This document shows positions 18,429 to 26,856 of a DNA stretch of 64,000 nt, one piece after another. Made by a program: the position numbers and the translations under genes. The stretch is from NCBI GenBank assembly GCA_046754465.1, contig JBHHVU010000013.1, positions 444 to 64,443 of the forward strand. The letters are read 5' to 3'. The notes beneath the pieces are model-generated. The model ran no database searches. It saw only the letters and a list, made by a program, of their open reading frames with translations, and was not told the DNA's origin. The number at the start of each line of letters is the position of its first letter. Position 1 is the stretch's first letter. Source of the stretch: Nitrospinaceae bacterium. GTDB taxonomy: Bacteria; Nitrospinota; Nitrospinia; Nitrospinales; VA-1.

Positions 18429-19076
18429 TCAGGGTTTCTGGACGAGGATACTTGAATAGGCGGTTTTTCCATTATCGACGGCCTGGTACCGGAGGACCTT
18501 GTAATCCTTGAAAATTTCCAGCAGCTCGTTGGTTTTCAACAACCACTTGGGGTTGAACCGGGCGTATTTCAGGTAATCGGTGTTGTAGGTTTCCACCAGG
18601 GCCATGCCGCCGGGTTTGAGGGCCTCCTTGAATTTGGGAAAGAGGTCCCGCTGCATGTAGTAGGTGCAGATAATGACATCGTAGGCGTTTTTTTCGAGAG
18701 TGTAATTTTCGAGGTCCACCACCTTGGTGACGATTTTGACGTTATGGACCTTGGCGAGCTGATGCGCTTTTTGCAGTCCCTTTTCGGAGATATCCAGACC
18801 GAGCACATCGAACCCCCGGGTGGCGAGAAACACTCCGTTCCGGCCTTCCCCCATGGCGATATCCAGAACCTTCCCCCGGGGCAGCAGGTTCACGTTTTCT
18901 TTCAGGAAGGGAATCGGCTGTTTTCCAAAAATGTAGATGTCTGTATCGTATTTGGCATCCCAGCGCGATTTATCCTTCTCCCTGGATTCGACAAAAACCG
19001 GTGTGAGAAATACGAGAATGAGGCAGGCGGAGAGGGCTCGAACCAGGATGGGCCGGCAACGGCGCGTGGGTTTCAT
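18429..19076 (-). CDS. class I SAM-dependent methyltransferase (TehB-like) with an N-terminal signal/anchor
   Basis: VLDIAMGEGRNGVFLA..GLDIS motif; basic-then-hydrophobic N-terminus. Confidence 0.88.
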   Translation of the reverse strand: MKPTRRCRPILVRALSACLILVFLTPVFVESREKDKSRWDAKYDTDIYIFGKQPIPFLKENVNLLPRGKVLDIAMGEGRNGVFLATRGFDVLGLDISEKGLQKAHQLAKVHNVKIVTKVVDLENYTLEKNAYDVIICTYYMQRDLFPKFKEALKPGGMALVETYNTDYLKYARFNPKWLLKTNELLEIFKDYKVLRYQAVDNGKTAYSSILVQKP

Positions 19077-19106
19077 GATGAATTGGCTCCGCGAAAGATT
19101 TTCTTC

Positions 19107-19134
19107 ATTCTACCGGAACGCATGGACCTGTCAA
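19107..19134 (-). promoter_or_regulatory. sigma70-type promoter for the methyltransferase-BASS pair
   Basis: minus-strand TTGACA, 16 nt spacer, TAGAAT. Confidence 0.55.
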
Positions 19135-19225
19135 GTGGATTTCCCGGTTTACTTGGGTGAGGGGACAATGTAAAATTGCATCTTGCCATCCATGTTTTTA
19201 ATTTTGATTCGATAGTGAGGGAACA

Positions 19226-19777
19226 ATGAAACTCGATTCACGATCCATCACCATTTGGCTGGTCACCTTTTTCCTGGCGATGGCTTATCCCCTGCAGGCG
19301 GCGGGTGCAAAGGGAGCAAACGGAGTAAAGGATCGAAAACCCGTGGCTCATTCCGCCGACCAGCGGTTTCAAGATTTTGGGGATGGGACGGTGTTGGACA
19401 AAAGGACGGGCCTGATGTGGATGAAGAAGGATTATTGGCAAAAAGAGGGTAAATGGGTTAATTGGTATACCGCCAACGAGTATGCGCAGAGGATGAATAA
19501 CAAAAAGTTTGCCGGTTATTCCGATTGGCGGCTACCGACGCCGGAGGAGGCCCAGAGCCTTTATGAACCACGAAAACGCAATGTGGACAAGGATGGGGAT
19601 AAAATTCATATCGACCGCATGTTCCCTAAAGGGGCTGGTTGGAGCACCTGGACCAGCGAGGAAAAGAAGGGAAAGGCCATCGTGGTTTCCCTGAAGGACG
19701 AGGGGGGGAAGGCGTACCAGGATAAAATCTCCGGTATAGATGCCTTTCTCAGGCTCGTGCGTGGCCCGGTTCTGTAG
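19226..19777 (+). CDS. exported DUF1566 (Lcl C-terminal-like) domain protein
   Basis: RFQDFGDGTVLDKRTGLMW, FAGYSDWRLPT, LRLVR; signal peptide. Confidence 0.88.
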   Translation: MKLDSRSITIWLVTFFLAMAYPLQAAGAKGANGVKDRKPVAHSADQRFQDFGDGTVLDKRTGLMWMKKDYWQKEGKWVNWYTANEYAQRMNNKKFAGYSDWRLPTPEEAQSLYEPRKRNVDKDGDKIHIDRMFPKGAGWSTWTSEEKKGKAIVVSLKDEGGKAYQDKISGIDAFLRLVRGPVL

Positions 19778-19842
19778 GACGCATCGATTTTTGGTGCATC
19801 CTCTCATGGCTTCAATTCAATTGCTTTCATGGAGGTATTCTT

Positions 19843-20472
19843 ATGACCGTTGCAAATACCATTCGCGTGGTTTTTCTTATTTTGATGTTGGTCATTTTCT
19901 CCCCGGTCGTGGTCTTGGCGGATGAACCCCCGCCCAATCCGCTCCGGGGGTACACCATTCATGTCACCGCTCCGCATGTCATGAATGGTGAAGTGGTGGG
20001 TCCTTTCCATCATTTTTGCAAACCGATTAATAGTGAGGTGATCCAATGCATCCTGTTTGAGTCGACCGATCCCAACGCCCGCATGACCGAAGTGGAATAT
20101 ATGGTCTCGAAAAAACTGGCGAGATCGGTTATCCCCAAATGGTCCCACCAGCAGAACTGGCATGACCACAAACAGGAAATCGCGACCGGCCGGGTCGCCA
20201 TCATGAATCCAACGGATCCAAAAAAACAAAAGGAGCTTGCGGATTATGTGAGTGGCACCGATGGAATTATTTTTCATCTTTGGCCCAAGGAGGCGCCCAT
20301 TCCCGACGGTACCGTCGCTATCGCCCAATCCGTCGGTCATTGGGAATCCCTGCATGGAAAAATCGGCGAGGAGGTCGCCAAGTCCGCCAAGGTGACCGTT
20401 TCCAAGAGCCATCGTTTGAGTCCGGAGGATTTAAAACGGATCGGTATCACCGAAACCCAAGGGTCCTACTGA
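19843..20472 (+). CDS. exported DUF1264/OBAP-family protein
   Basis: HHFC..VIQCILFES...ARMTEVEYMVS, WHDH, FHLW; RBS GGAGGT; signal peptide ending VLA. Confidence 0.8.
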   Translation: MTVANTIRVVFLILMLVIFSPVVVLADEPPPNPLRGYTIHVTAPHVMNGEVVGPFHHFCKPINSEVIQCILFESTDPNARMTEVEYMVSKKLARSVIPKWSHQQNWHDHKQEIATGRVAIMNPTDPKKQKELADYVSGTDGIIFHLWPKEAPIPDGTVAIAQSVGHWESLHGKIGEEVAKSAKVTVSKSHRLSPEDLKRIGITETQGSY

Positions 20473-20645
20473 ACGGGCCAGTCATCCCGTGGAATGGGGT
20501 TGGGGGAAAGGGTGAGGTGAAATGGTTGGAGATGGAGAACACGTTTTGGTTTCTTCCTGCCCCGCGGAAATAAAGCAAACCGTGTCTCCAACTTTTTTTA
20601 TTGGGAAACAATGAATCGCCTTGTGCCTTACGATTTCTTTTATCG

Positions 20646-21104
20646 ATGAAACTTTTTGATTGGTGGTTGAAAGCCTCCCCGGCCGTGGGCCTGGGCGCGT
20701 GGATTGTTTTATATGTTATCTTTGGCCGACAAATGGCATTTGCCAGCCATAAAAACATTTATGAACCGCGGGTCCCCAAGGACATCCTGGAGGAGGTACA
20801 GGAAATAGAGAATCCTTACTCCCCCACTCCGGAACGGGTCGAAGCGGGACGCAAAATTTATTATGGCAAGGGTCTGTGCGTCACCTGCCATAGCAAGAAC
20901 GGTAAGGGAGTCAAGGTTCCCGGGCATTCTCCCCGGAACTTTACTGACACGAAGTGGCAGGACCTGCGCACCGACGGCGAGTTGATGTGGGTTTTGAGGA
21001 ATGGCAGTCCCGGAACCGGGATGCCTATACGCGTCGGAAAAGTCATTACCGAGGAAGAAGGGTGGAACGTGATTCTTTTTATCCGCACTTTTTCCGGAAA
21101 ATGA
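20646..21104 (+). CDS. monoheme class I cytochrome c
   Basis: CVTCH heme motif, PRNFT, DGELMWVLRNGSPGTGMP (distal Met); N-terminal signal; start uncertain. Confidence 0.88.
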   Translation: MKLFDWWLKASPAVGLGAWIVLYVIFGRQMAFASHKNIYEPRVPKDILEEVQEIENPYSPTPERVEAGRKIYYGKGLCVTCHSKNGKGVKVPGHSPRNFTDTKWQDLRTDGELMWVLRNGSPGTGMPIRVGKVITEEEGWNVILFIRTFSGK

Positions 21105-21225
21105 TCCCTCCCACCGAAAGGAACGGGCGGTCGGCACGGGGTTGTGAAATTATTCAAGGGTATCCGGGCCGGGAAAGTAACGTCCGGCGGCGCGAATATT
21201 GGGTTTCGCGGGAGGGAGGAGACGC

Positions 21226-22425
21226 GTGAAAAAACTGATCCTGGTTCTGGGGGTAACGGTTATTCTGGTGACGGATGTTTGGGTCAGCCTGGCGGATGCG
21301 TTGCCGCTGTTCGCGAGAAGGTATCAGGTAAGCTGTACCCTGTGCCACATCGGTTTCCCTAAACTCAACAGCTTCGGCGAGTCTTTCATTTCCAACGGTT
21401 ATAAGTTTCCCGGTGAAGATCATAAGGACAGGTCGATCGACACCGGTGATGAAAAATTATTGCTCCAAAAAGATGTTCCGCTGGCGATTCGGGTCGATTC
21501 GTTTTTCCGGAGCCGCAACGACACCCGGACGAAGGCTGATTTGGAAACCCCTTTCTTCATAAAAATATTATCCAGCGCTCCCATCAAGAAGGACATCACT
21601 TACTATTTTTATTTTCTTTTCGACGAGCGGGGAGATGTGGGTGGGGTGGAAGACGCCTTCATTTATTTCAATGACGGTTTCAAGGATGTCGATCTCGATC
21701 TGCGCGTCGGTCAGTTCCAGGTTTCCGACATCATTTTCCCCCGGGAACAACGATTGACGTTTCAGGATTTCACATATTACATCACCCCCGTCAGCGCCAG
21801 CGGGTTCGTGTTGACCTATGACCGGGCGGTGGAAACCTCCTACTATTTTGATCTGACCGATAACGTATCCATGGGGGTGGCGGGCGCCGTGGCCAACGGG
21901 AACGGAATCGGCACCGCCGACAGCGACCGGAATTTCGATTCGGACAATTTCAAGAATTTCTATGGCAAAGTGGAACTGGGCGTCGGGGAACAAACTGTCG
22001 CCGTCTATGGCTACAGCGGCAGGGAGGAGAACGCCGCCGGAATTCGCAACGAGTTTTACCGGATAGGGCCGGTCTTCAATTTCTGGTTTTTCGAGGACTG
22101 GAACGTGTGGGGAAATTTCCTTTACGGAAGAGATACCAACGCCCGGTTTACCGCGGGCTCGCTGGGGGAAATCACCTCCTGGGGCGGATTCGCCGGTTTG
22201 ACCCATAAGTTCATGGAGGACTGGATTCTGTCCCTGCTCTATAACCGGGTCAAGGTCTACGGCAAGCGGGAACTCGACGCCAACACCATGACGGTCAACC
22301 TGACGTATTACCTCATGCGGAATTTTAAGCTGATGGCGGAGTTTACCGGAGACTTGGAAAAGACTAACCGGCTCCATCCCGCCAAGGAGCACACCGGCGT
22401 GTTGGGAATCGTTCTGGCTTATTAG
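21226..22425 (+). CDS. Cyc2-like monoheme cytochrome c / outer-membrane beta-barrel fusion
   Basis: GTG start with RBS GGAGGA; signal peptide, then ALPLFARRYQVSCTLCHIGFPKLNSFGESF..NGY; amphipathic aromatic beta strands; C-terminal Tyr (GIVLAY). Confidence 0.82.
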   Translation: MKKLILVLGVTVILVTDVWVSLADALPLFARRYQVSCTLCHIGFPKLNSFGESFISNGYKFPGEDHKDRSIDTGDEKLLLQKDVPLAIRVDSFFRSRNDTRTKADLETPFFIKILSSAPIKKDITYYFYFLFDERGDVGGVEDAFIYFNDGFKDVDLDLRVGQFQVSDIIFPREQRLTFQDFTYYITPVSASGFVLTYDRAVETSYYFDLTDNVSMGVAGAVANGNGIGTADSDRNFDSDNFKNFYGKVELGVGEQTVAVYGYSGREENAAGIRNEFYRIGPVFNFWFFEDWNVWGNFLYGRDTNARFTAGSLGEITSWGGFAGLTHKFMEDWILSLLYNRVKVYGKRELDANTMTVNLTYYLMRNFKLMAEFTGDLEKTNRLHPAKEHTGVLGIVLAY

Positions 22426-22508
22426 AATAATTTTCCATTAGGTAAAATCGATGAACACGCCGCGGCTTCCTTGAGGGTTCCACGAATAATTTTTTAAAAA
22501 CAGGGAGT

Positions 22509-23129
22509 ATGGAAATGAGACCAATGAGGATCCAGTTTCTTGGGGCAGGAAAATTTTCAAGGTGGTGGTTTTGTTTGCTCATTTTCCCCGGTTGGATGGC
22601 CGCCGATGGATTTTCCATGGTAACCGGAAAGGTGGCAACACCCCGCGTCTCTCAACAGGAAATGCGGGTTGCCCAAGACCCTGGGGTTCGGCTTGCGATG
22701 CATGAAGGCCATCCCCATGTCAAGCCGCTGGAAGAGAAGAAACCTTCCGGGATTTGCCCGCAAAAAAGGAATACCCCCCGCGCCCCGGACCCTGTTTATA
22801 ATATGACCAACCCTCTCCTTCCGACACGGGAAAATATCGATGCGGGGGAAATGCTCTTTAAAATCGATGCCCGGCCCACCGCATGCAAAGTATGCCATGG
22901 AGTGCGGGGAAACGGGTTGGGCATTATTTTTAAAAATTTGCCGACCAAACCCAGGAACTTTACCTGCTATTATACGATGGAAGGGATCCCGGATGGACAG
23001 ATGTTCTGGATCATCAAAAACGGTTCCCCCGGAACCCCCATGCCTGCCTTCGGATCCTTGAGTGACCGGCAAGTGTGGCAGTTGGTCTTGTTTGTCCGGC
23101 AATTCCTCAAAAAAAACCAACCCGAATAA
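22509..23129 (+). CDS. monoheme cytochrome c, CPQ-motif paralogue 1
   Basis: GICPQ..., PTACKVCHG, PRNFTC, DGQMFWII.NGSPGTPMP. Confidence 0.88.
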   Translation: MEMRPMRIQFLGAGKFSRWWFCLLIFPGWMAADGFSMVTGKVATPRVSQQEMRVAQDPGVRLAMHEGHPHVKPLEEKKPSGICPQKRNTPRAPDPVYNMTNPLLPTRENIDAGEMLFKIDARPTACKVCHGVRGNGLGIIFKNLPTKPRNFTCYYTMEGIPDGQMFWIIKNGSPGTPMPAFGSLSDRQVWQLVLFVRQFLKKNQPE

Positions 23130-23188
23130 GACGCTTCCAAATTTCCGGCCGACGGAGAAAGACCTGGAAGCAAAGAAGGGAAAGAAGG

Positions 23189-23728
23189 ATGGCTGGCAGA
23201 AATTTCAAAGGTTCAAAAAATAGGCTTGTGTTTTTGCCAGGGGTTCTCACCGTTCTTACTTTATTCATCCTGTCACAGGATTTATCCGCGGGTCCCGGCA
23301 TGCGAGATTGGAGGTTGTCGGGAAAGCATCCCGGCCTTCATAGCCGCGGCTTTGCCGGTCAGGGCATCTGCCCCCAGGACCGGACCACCCCCCAGGCGCC
23401 TGAGGGTATTTACCATCAGAAAAATCCACTCAAACCCACCCCGGGCAACCTCTCTGCCGGCGAATCCCTTTTCCAGATCGATGCCCAACCGACGGCCTGC
23501 AAAATATGCCATGGCGCGTCGGGAAACGGACTGGGCATGATGGCTCCGGGAATGAAACCTCCTCCACGAAACTTCGTGTGCGCCGCCATGATGAAAACCA
23601 TCCCCGACGGGCAAATGTTCTGGGTCATACGAAACGGGTCGCCGGGGACCGGCATGCCCGCATATAAGGATTTGAATGAAGAACAAATCTGGCGGATTGT
23701 TCTTTACCTGCGCCAGTTTTCCGAATAG
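23189..23728 (+). CDS. monoheme cytochrome c, CPQ-motif paralogue 2
   Basis: GICPQ..., PTACKICHG, PRNFVC, GTGMP; ATG 23189 after a purine-rich tract gives a signal peptide. Confidence 0.88.
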   Translation: MAGRNFKGSKNRLVFLPGVLTVLTLFILSQDLSAGPGMRDWRLSGKHPGLHSRGFAGQGICPQDRTTPQAPEGIYHQKNPLKPTPGNLSAGESLFQIDAQPTACKICHGASGNGLGMMAPGMKPPPRNFVCAAMMKTIPDGQMFWVIRNGSPGTGMPAYKDLNEEQIWRIVLYLRQFSE

Positions 23729-24266
23729 AAAAGGTCTGCCCGGACCGGAGAATTTCATTCGCCTCCCCGGCAAGGTTCTGGCATGGGTATTGGCCGCCGT
23801 CCTTTTAACGGGATTGGTCCTCCCGGCGGGAAACAAAGTGGTTTTGGAAAGAAAAATTTCTTCCGGAAAACCCGGAATGTTCCCGCGGATCGCTTCGGGA
23901 ATATGTCCGCAGAAACGGACCACCCGGCGGGCGCCCTCCCGATACTACAACAAGAAGAATCCCCTCGCCCCGACCCGGGAAAACCTGAAGCGGGGGGAAA
24001 GGCTTTATCACCGGGACGCCCAACCGACCGCGTGCCGGCTGTGCCACGGCATCCGCGGCAACGGCAACGGGAAGCTGGCGCGCCGTCTCGATCCCCCACC
24101 CCGCAACTTCACCTGTTCGCCGGTCATGAAAGATCTCCCCGACGGGCAACTCTTCTGGATCATTCAAAAAGGTTCCAGGGGAACTGCCATGCCCGTTCAC
24201 AAACCGACCTTGCGGGAAAAGGAAATCTGGCAGCTCATTCTTTACATCCGGCAATTCGTGAAATAA
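23676..24266 (+). CDS. monoheme cytochrome c, CPQ-motif paralogue 3
   Basis: GICPQ..., PTACRLCHG, PRNFTC, GTAMP; hydrophobic segment VLAWVLAAVLLTGLVL; start uncertain. Confidence 0.85.
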   Translation: MKNKSGGLFFTCASFPNRKGLPGPENFIRLPGKVLAWVLAAVLLTGLVLPAGNKVVLERKISSGKPGMFPRIASGICPQKRTTRRAPSRYYNKKNPLAPTRENLKRGERLYHRDAQPTACRLCHGIRGNGNGKLARRLDPPPRNFTCSPVMKDLPDGQLFWIIQKGSRGTAMPVHKPTLREKEIWQLILYIRQFVK

Positions 24267-24681
24267 GCCGGAGACCGATGCCGGTTCCCGGGCTCTTCCA
24301 AAGGACCAAATTAAAACCCGGACTCCCTTTCCCATCGATTGGGGAGGAGAGCCGGGTTTTCTTTTTGCGGCCGGTGTCGGGGGGCCGGCGAAAGAGTTAT
24401 GAACTCCGGCCCCTGCCTCGAAGGGTTGTGGACCGGATCCAAGCCACCTTCTGATATTCACAAAATTTTCGCTCCCATCCAATGGAGGGTTCCCGGATAA
24501 ACCCTGGGAGGGAAGCACCCGCCAAAATGAATTCTCCCAAAAACTTTGAATACTTGCAGGTTTAGTAAATTCAAATGGTTACCCCATGGCATTATCCTTG
24601 AAACTCAAAGGAAAACCCATTAGTTTATTAGTATAGGGAAAGACCCAATCAATGGCTGATCCACCACCATAAATTTCCAAA

Positions 24682-26856
24682 ATGGGCAAAAAAATTGTCT
24701 CAGGCCGCATGGCCGCCTCCGCTTCCAACCTCCAAAAGATTGATTTGTTGAAGTCGATCGATTTGTTTGAAACCTTGTCCGTGGAGAATCTCGACCGTTT
24801 GGCCAAGGACGGCGAGGTGGTTTCCCTAAGCCCGGGTGAAGTTCTTTTTAGAGAAGGAGACCCGGGTGATTCCATGTTTGTTATTCTCTCCGGCGAAATC
24901 TCCATTGAAAAAGAAAATACCCACATTGCCAAAAGAGGGCCGGGGGAATATTTCGGTGAAATGACATTGATCGAAAGCAGTGCCCGGTCCGCCACGGCAA
25001 AATCGGCCGGGGAATCCCGTCTTCTGAAAATATTCGAAACTCATTTTCAGGATTACGTGGCGTCCAACACGCACGCCTTGAGGTCGGTCATAAAAACCAT
25101 TTCCGAACGGGCCAGGGAGAACCTTAAAGCCTTTGGCCAGGGCGTAAAAAAGCTTAAAAGCCAAGACAAACTCATATCCAGTCTTCAGGTTCTGCTGAAT
25201 GATGCTTCCAATGAAATCTATGTCCTCGACGCCTCCTCGTTTCAATTTTTAAAAATGAACTCCAGCGCCCTGAAGAACCTGGGATATGAGAGCCAGGAGA
25301 TAGTCAAAATGAAACTCTTTGATATCCTGGGCAATATAGACCCGGACGATTTTGGGGAGTGGATTGAGCCCTTGCGGGCTCAACAAAAGAGGGAAATCGT
25401 CCTCAATGGCATCCACAAAAGGAAGGACGGATCCCATTACCCGGTGAGGGTCAGCCTGAAACTGCATCCGGCCGAAGGTCATCCCGTTTTGATTGGAATG
25501 GCCCAGGACATTTCTCATCTCAAGAAGATGGAAGATGATATTAAGAGTCTGACCTTTTATGATTCCCTGACGGGTCTTCCGAATAAAAATTTAATTCTTG
25601 AGAACCTGGACTCCGCGCTCCAGAAGGTTCGCCGGGAAAATGAATCCGTCGCGGTTTTCCTGGTGGACCTGGATGATTTCAAAACCATCAACGATTCCCT
25701 GGGCCACCAGGCAGGGGACTGGGTGATCCAGGCCGTTTCCAAAAGGCTCAAGGAATGGTCGCCGCCCAACTGCTGTATTGGCCGCTACCGGGGCGATGAG
25801 TTCATAGTGGTTGTTTCGGATATCCATTTTGAAACCGAGGCGGCGGCCATGGCCCGCGGCCTGCTTAAAACCTTCCAAGATGCGTTTTCAATTAGAGGAC
25901 AAAAAATTTACGTGACCCTGAGTATTGGGATCTCCTATTCCGCCCTGGATGGATTTGATGGAGAAGCGCTCATTAAAAAAGCGGACACCGCCATGCATTT
26001 TGCGAAGGCGAACGGGAAAAATACTTATTCCCATTTCAATTCCAAAATGGCCCTTCAGGCCCAAAATAAATTGATCCTGGAATGCGATTTGAGGAAGGCC
26101 CTGGAACAAAATGAGTTTGTTTTGTATTACCAGCCCAAAATGGAACTGAAATCGGAAACCCTTATCGGGTTTGAAGCCCTGGTGCGTTGGGAACATCCGG
26201 AGAAAGGGTTGGTCCCTCCAGCGGAATTCATTCCCGCTATCGAAAAAAACAAACTCATTATCCCCCTCGGTGAGTGGGTTTTAAGAACGGCCTGCCAACA
26301 GATGCGGAAATGGCTGGCCTTGGGCTTCCCCCTGAGTGATGTCGCGGTAAACATTTCCACCCACCAGTTCAATCGGCAAGATCTCGCCGCAAAAGTCATG
26401 GAAATCATTTCTGAAACGGGTATCTTCCCCGAATGCCTCACCCTGGAAATCACGGAATCGGTTTTGATGGCAAACTCCAGGAACGCTATTTCCAAACTCC
26501 AGCAGCTCAACGCGATAGGAGTGAAACTTTCGCTCGACGATTTTGGCACGGGATTTTCTTCTCTCAGCTATTTGAATAGTTTTCCGCTAAGCAGTTTGAA
26601 AATTGACCGGACTTTCGTGAAAAATGTTTCCAGCAGTGAAGATGCCATTATCGCCAAGTCCATCGTATCCTTGGCCAAGGCCCTGAATCTCACGACCATC
26701 GTGGAGGGGGTGGAAACGGAAAAACAAAAGGAAATAATGAGGTCCATCGGATGCGATATTATTCAAGGCTATTTGCTGAGCAAACCCTTGCCTGTCAAGG
26801 AAGCGACGCAAATGCTTTCCTCTTTTTTTGAATCGGATGGGGTCAATGCAAGGTGA
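24682..26856 (+). CDS. cNMP-binding/PAS/GGDEF/EAL c-di-GMP signalling protein
   Basis: FGEMTLIESSARSATA; PAS with HKRKDGS; DSLTGLPN, DLDDFKTINDSLGH, RGDEF; YQPK, FEALVRW, DDFGTGFSSLSYL, EGVE, QGYL. Confidence 0.95.
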   Translation: MGKKIVSGRMAASASNLQKIDLLKSIDLFETLSVENLDRLAKDGEVVSLSPGEVLFREGDPGDSMFVILSGEISIEKENTHIAKRGPGEYFGEMTLIESSARSATAKSAGESRLLKIFETHFQDYVASNTHALRSVIKTISERARENLKAFGQGVKKLKSQDKLISSLQVLLNDASNEIYVLDASSFQFLKMNSSALKNLGYESQEIVKMKLFDILGNIDPDDFGEWIEPLRAQQKREIVLNGIHKRKDGSHYPVRVSLKLHPAEGHPVLIGMAQDISHLKKMEDDIKSLTFYDSLTGLPNKNLILENLDSALQKVRRENESVAVFLVDLDDFKTINDSLGHQAGDWVIQAVSKRLKEWSPPNCCIGRYRGDEFIVVVSDIHFETEAAAMARGLLKTFQDAFSIRGQKIYVTLSIGISYSALDGFDGEALIKKADTAMHFAKANGKNTYSHFNSKMALQAQNKLILECDLRKALEQNEFVLYYQPKMELKSETLIGFEALVRWEHPEKGLVPPAEFIPAIEKNKLIIPLGEWVLRTACQQMRKWLALGFPLSDVAVNISTHQFNRQDLAAKVMEIISETGIFPECLTLEITESVLMANSRNAISKLQQLNAIGVKLSLDDFGTGFSSLSYLNSFPLSSLKIDRTFVKNVSSSEDAIIAKSIVSLAKALNLTTIVEGVETEKQKEIMRSIGCDIIQGYLLSKPLPVKEATQMLSSFFESDGVNAR

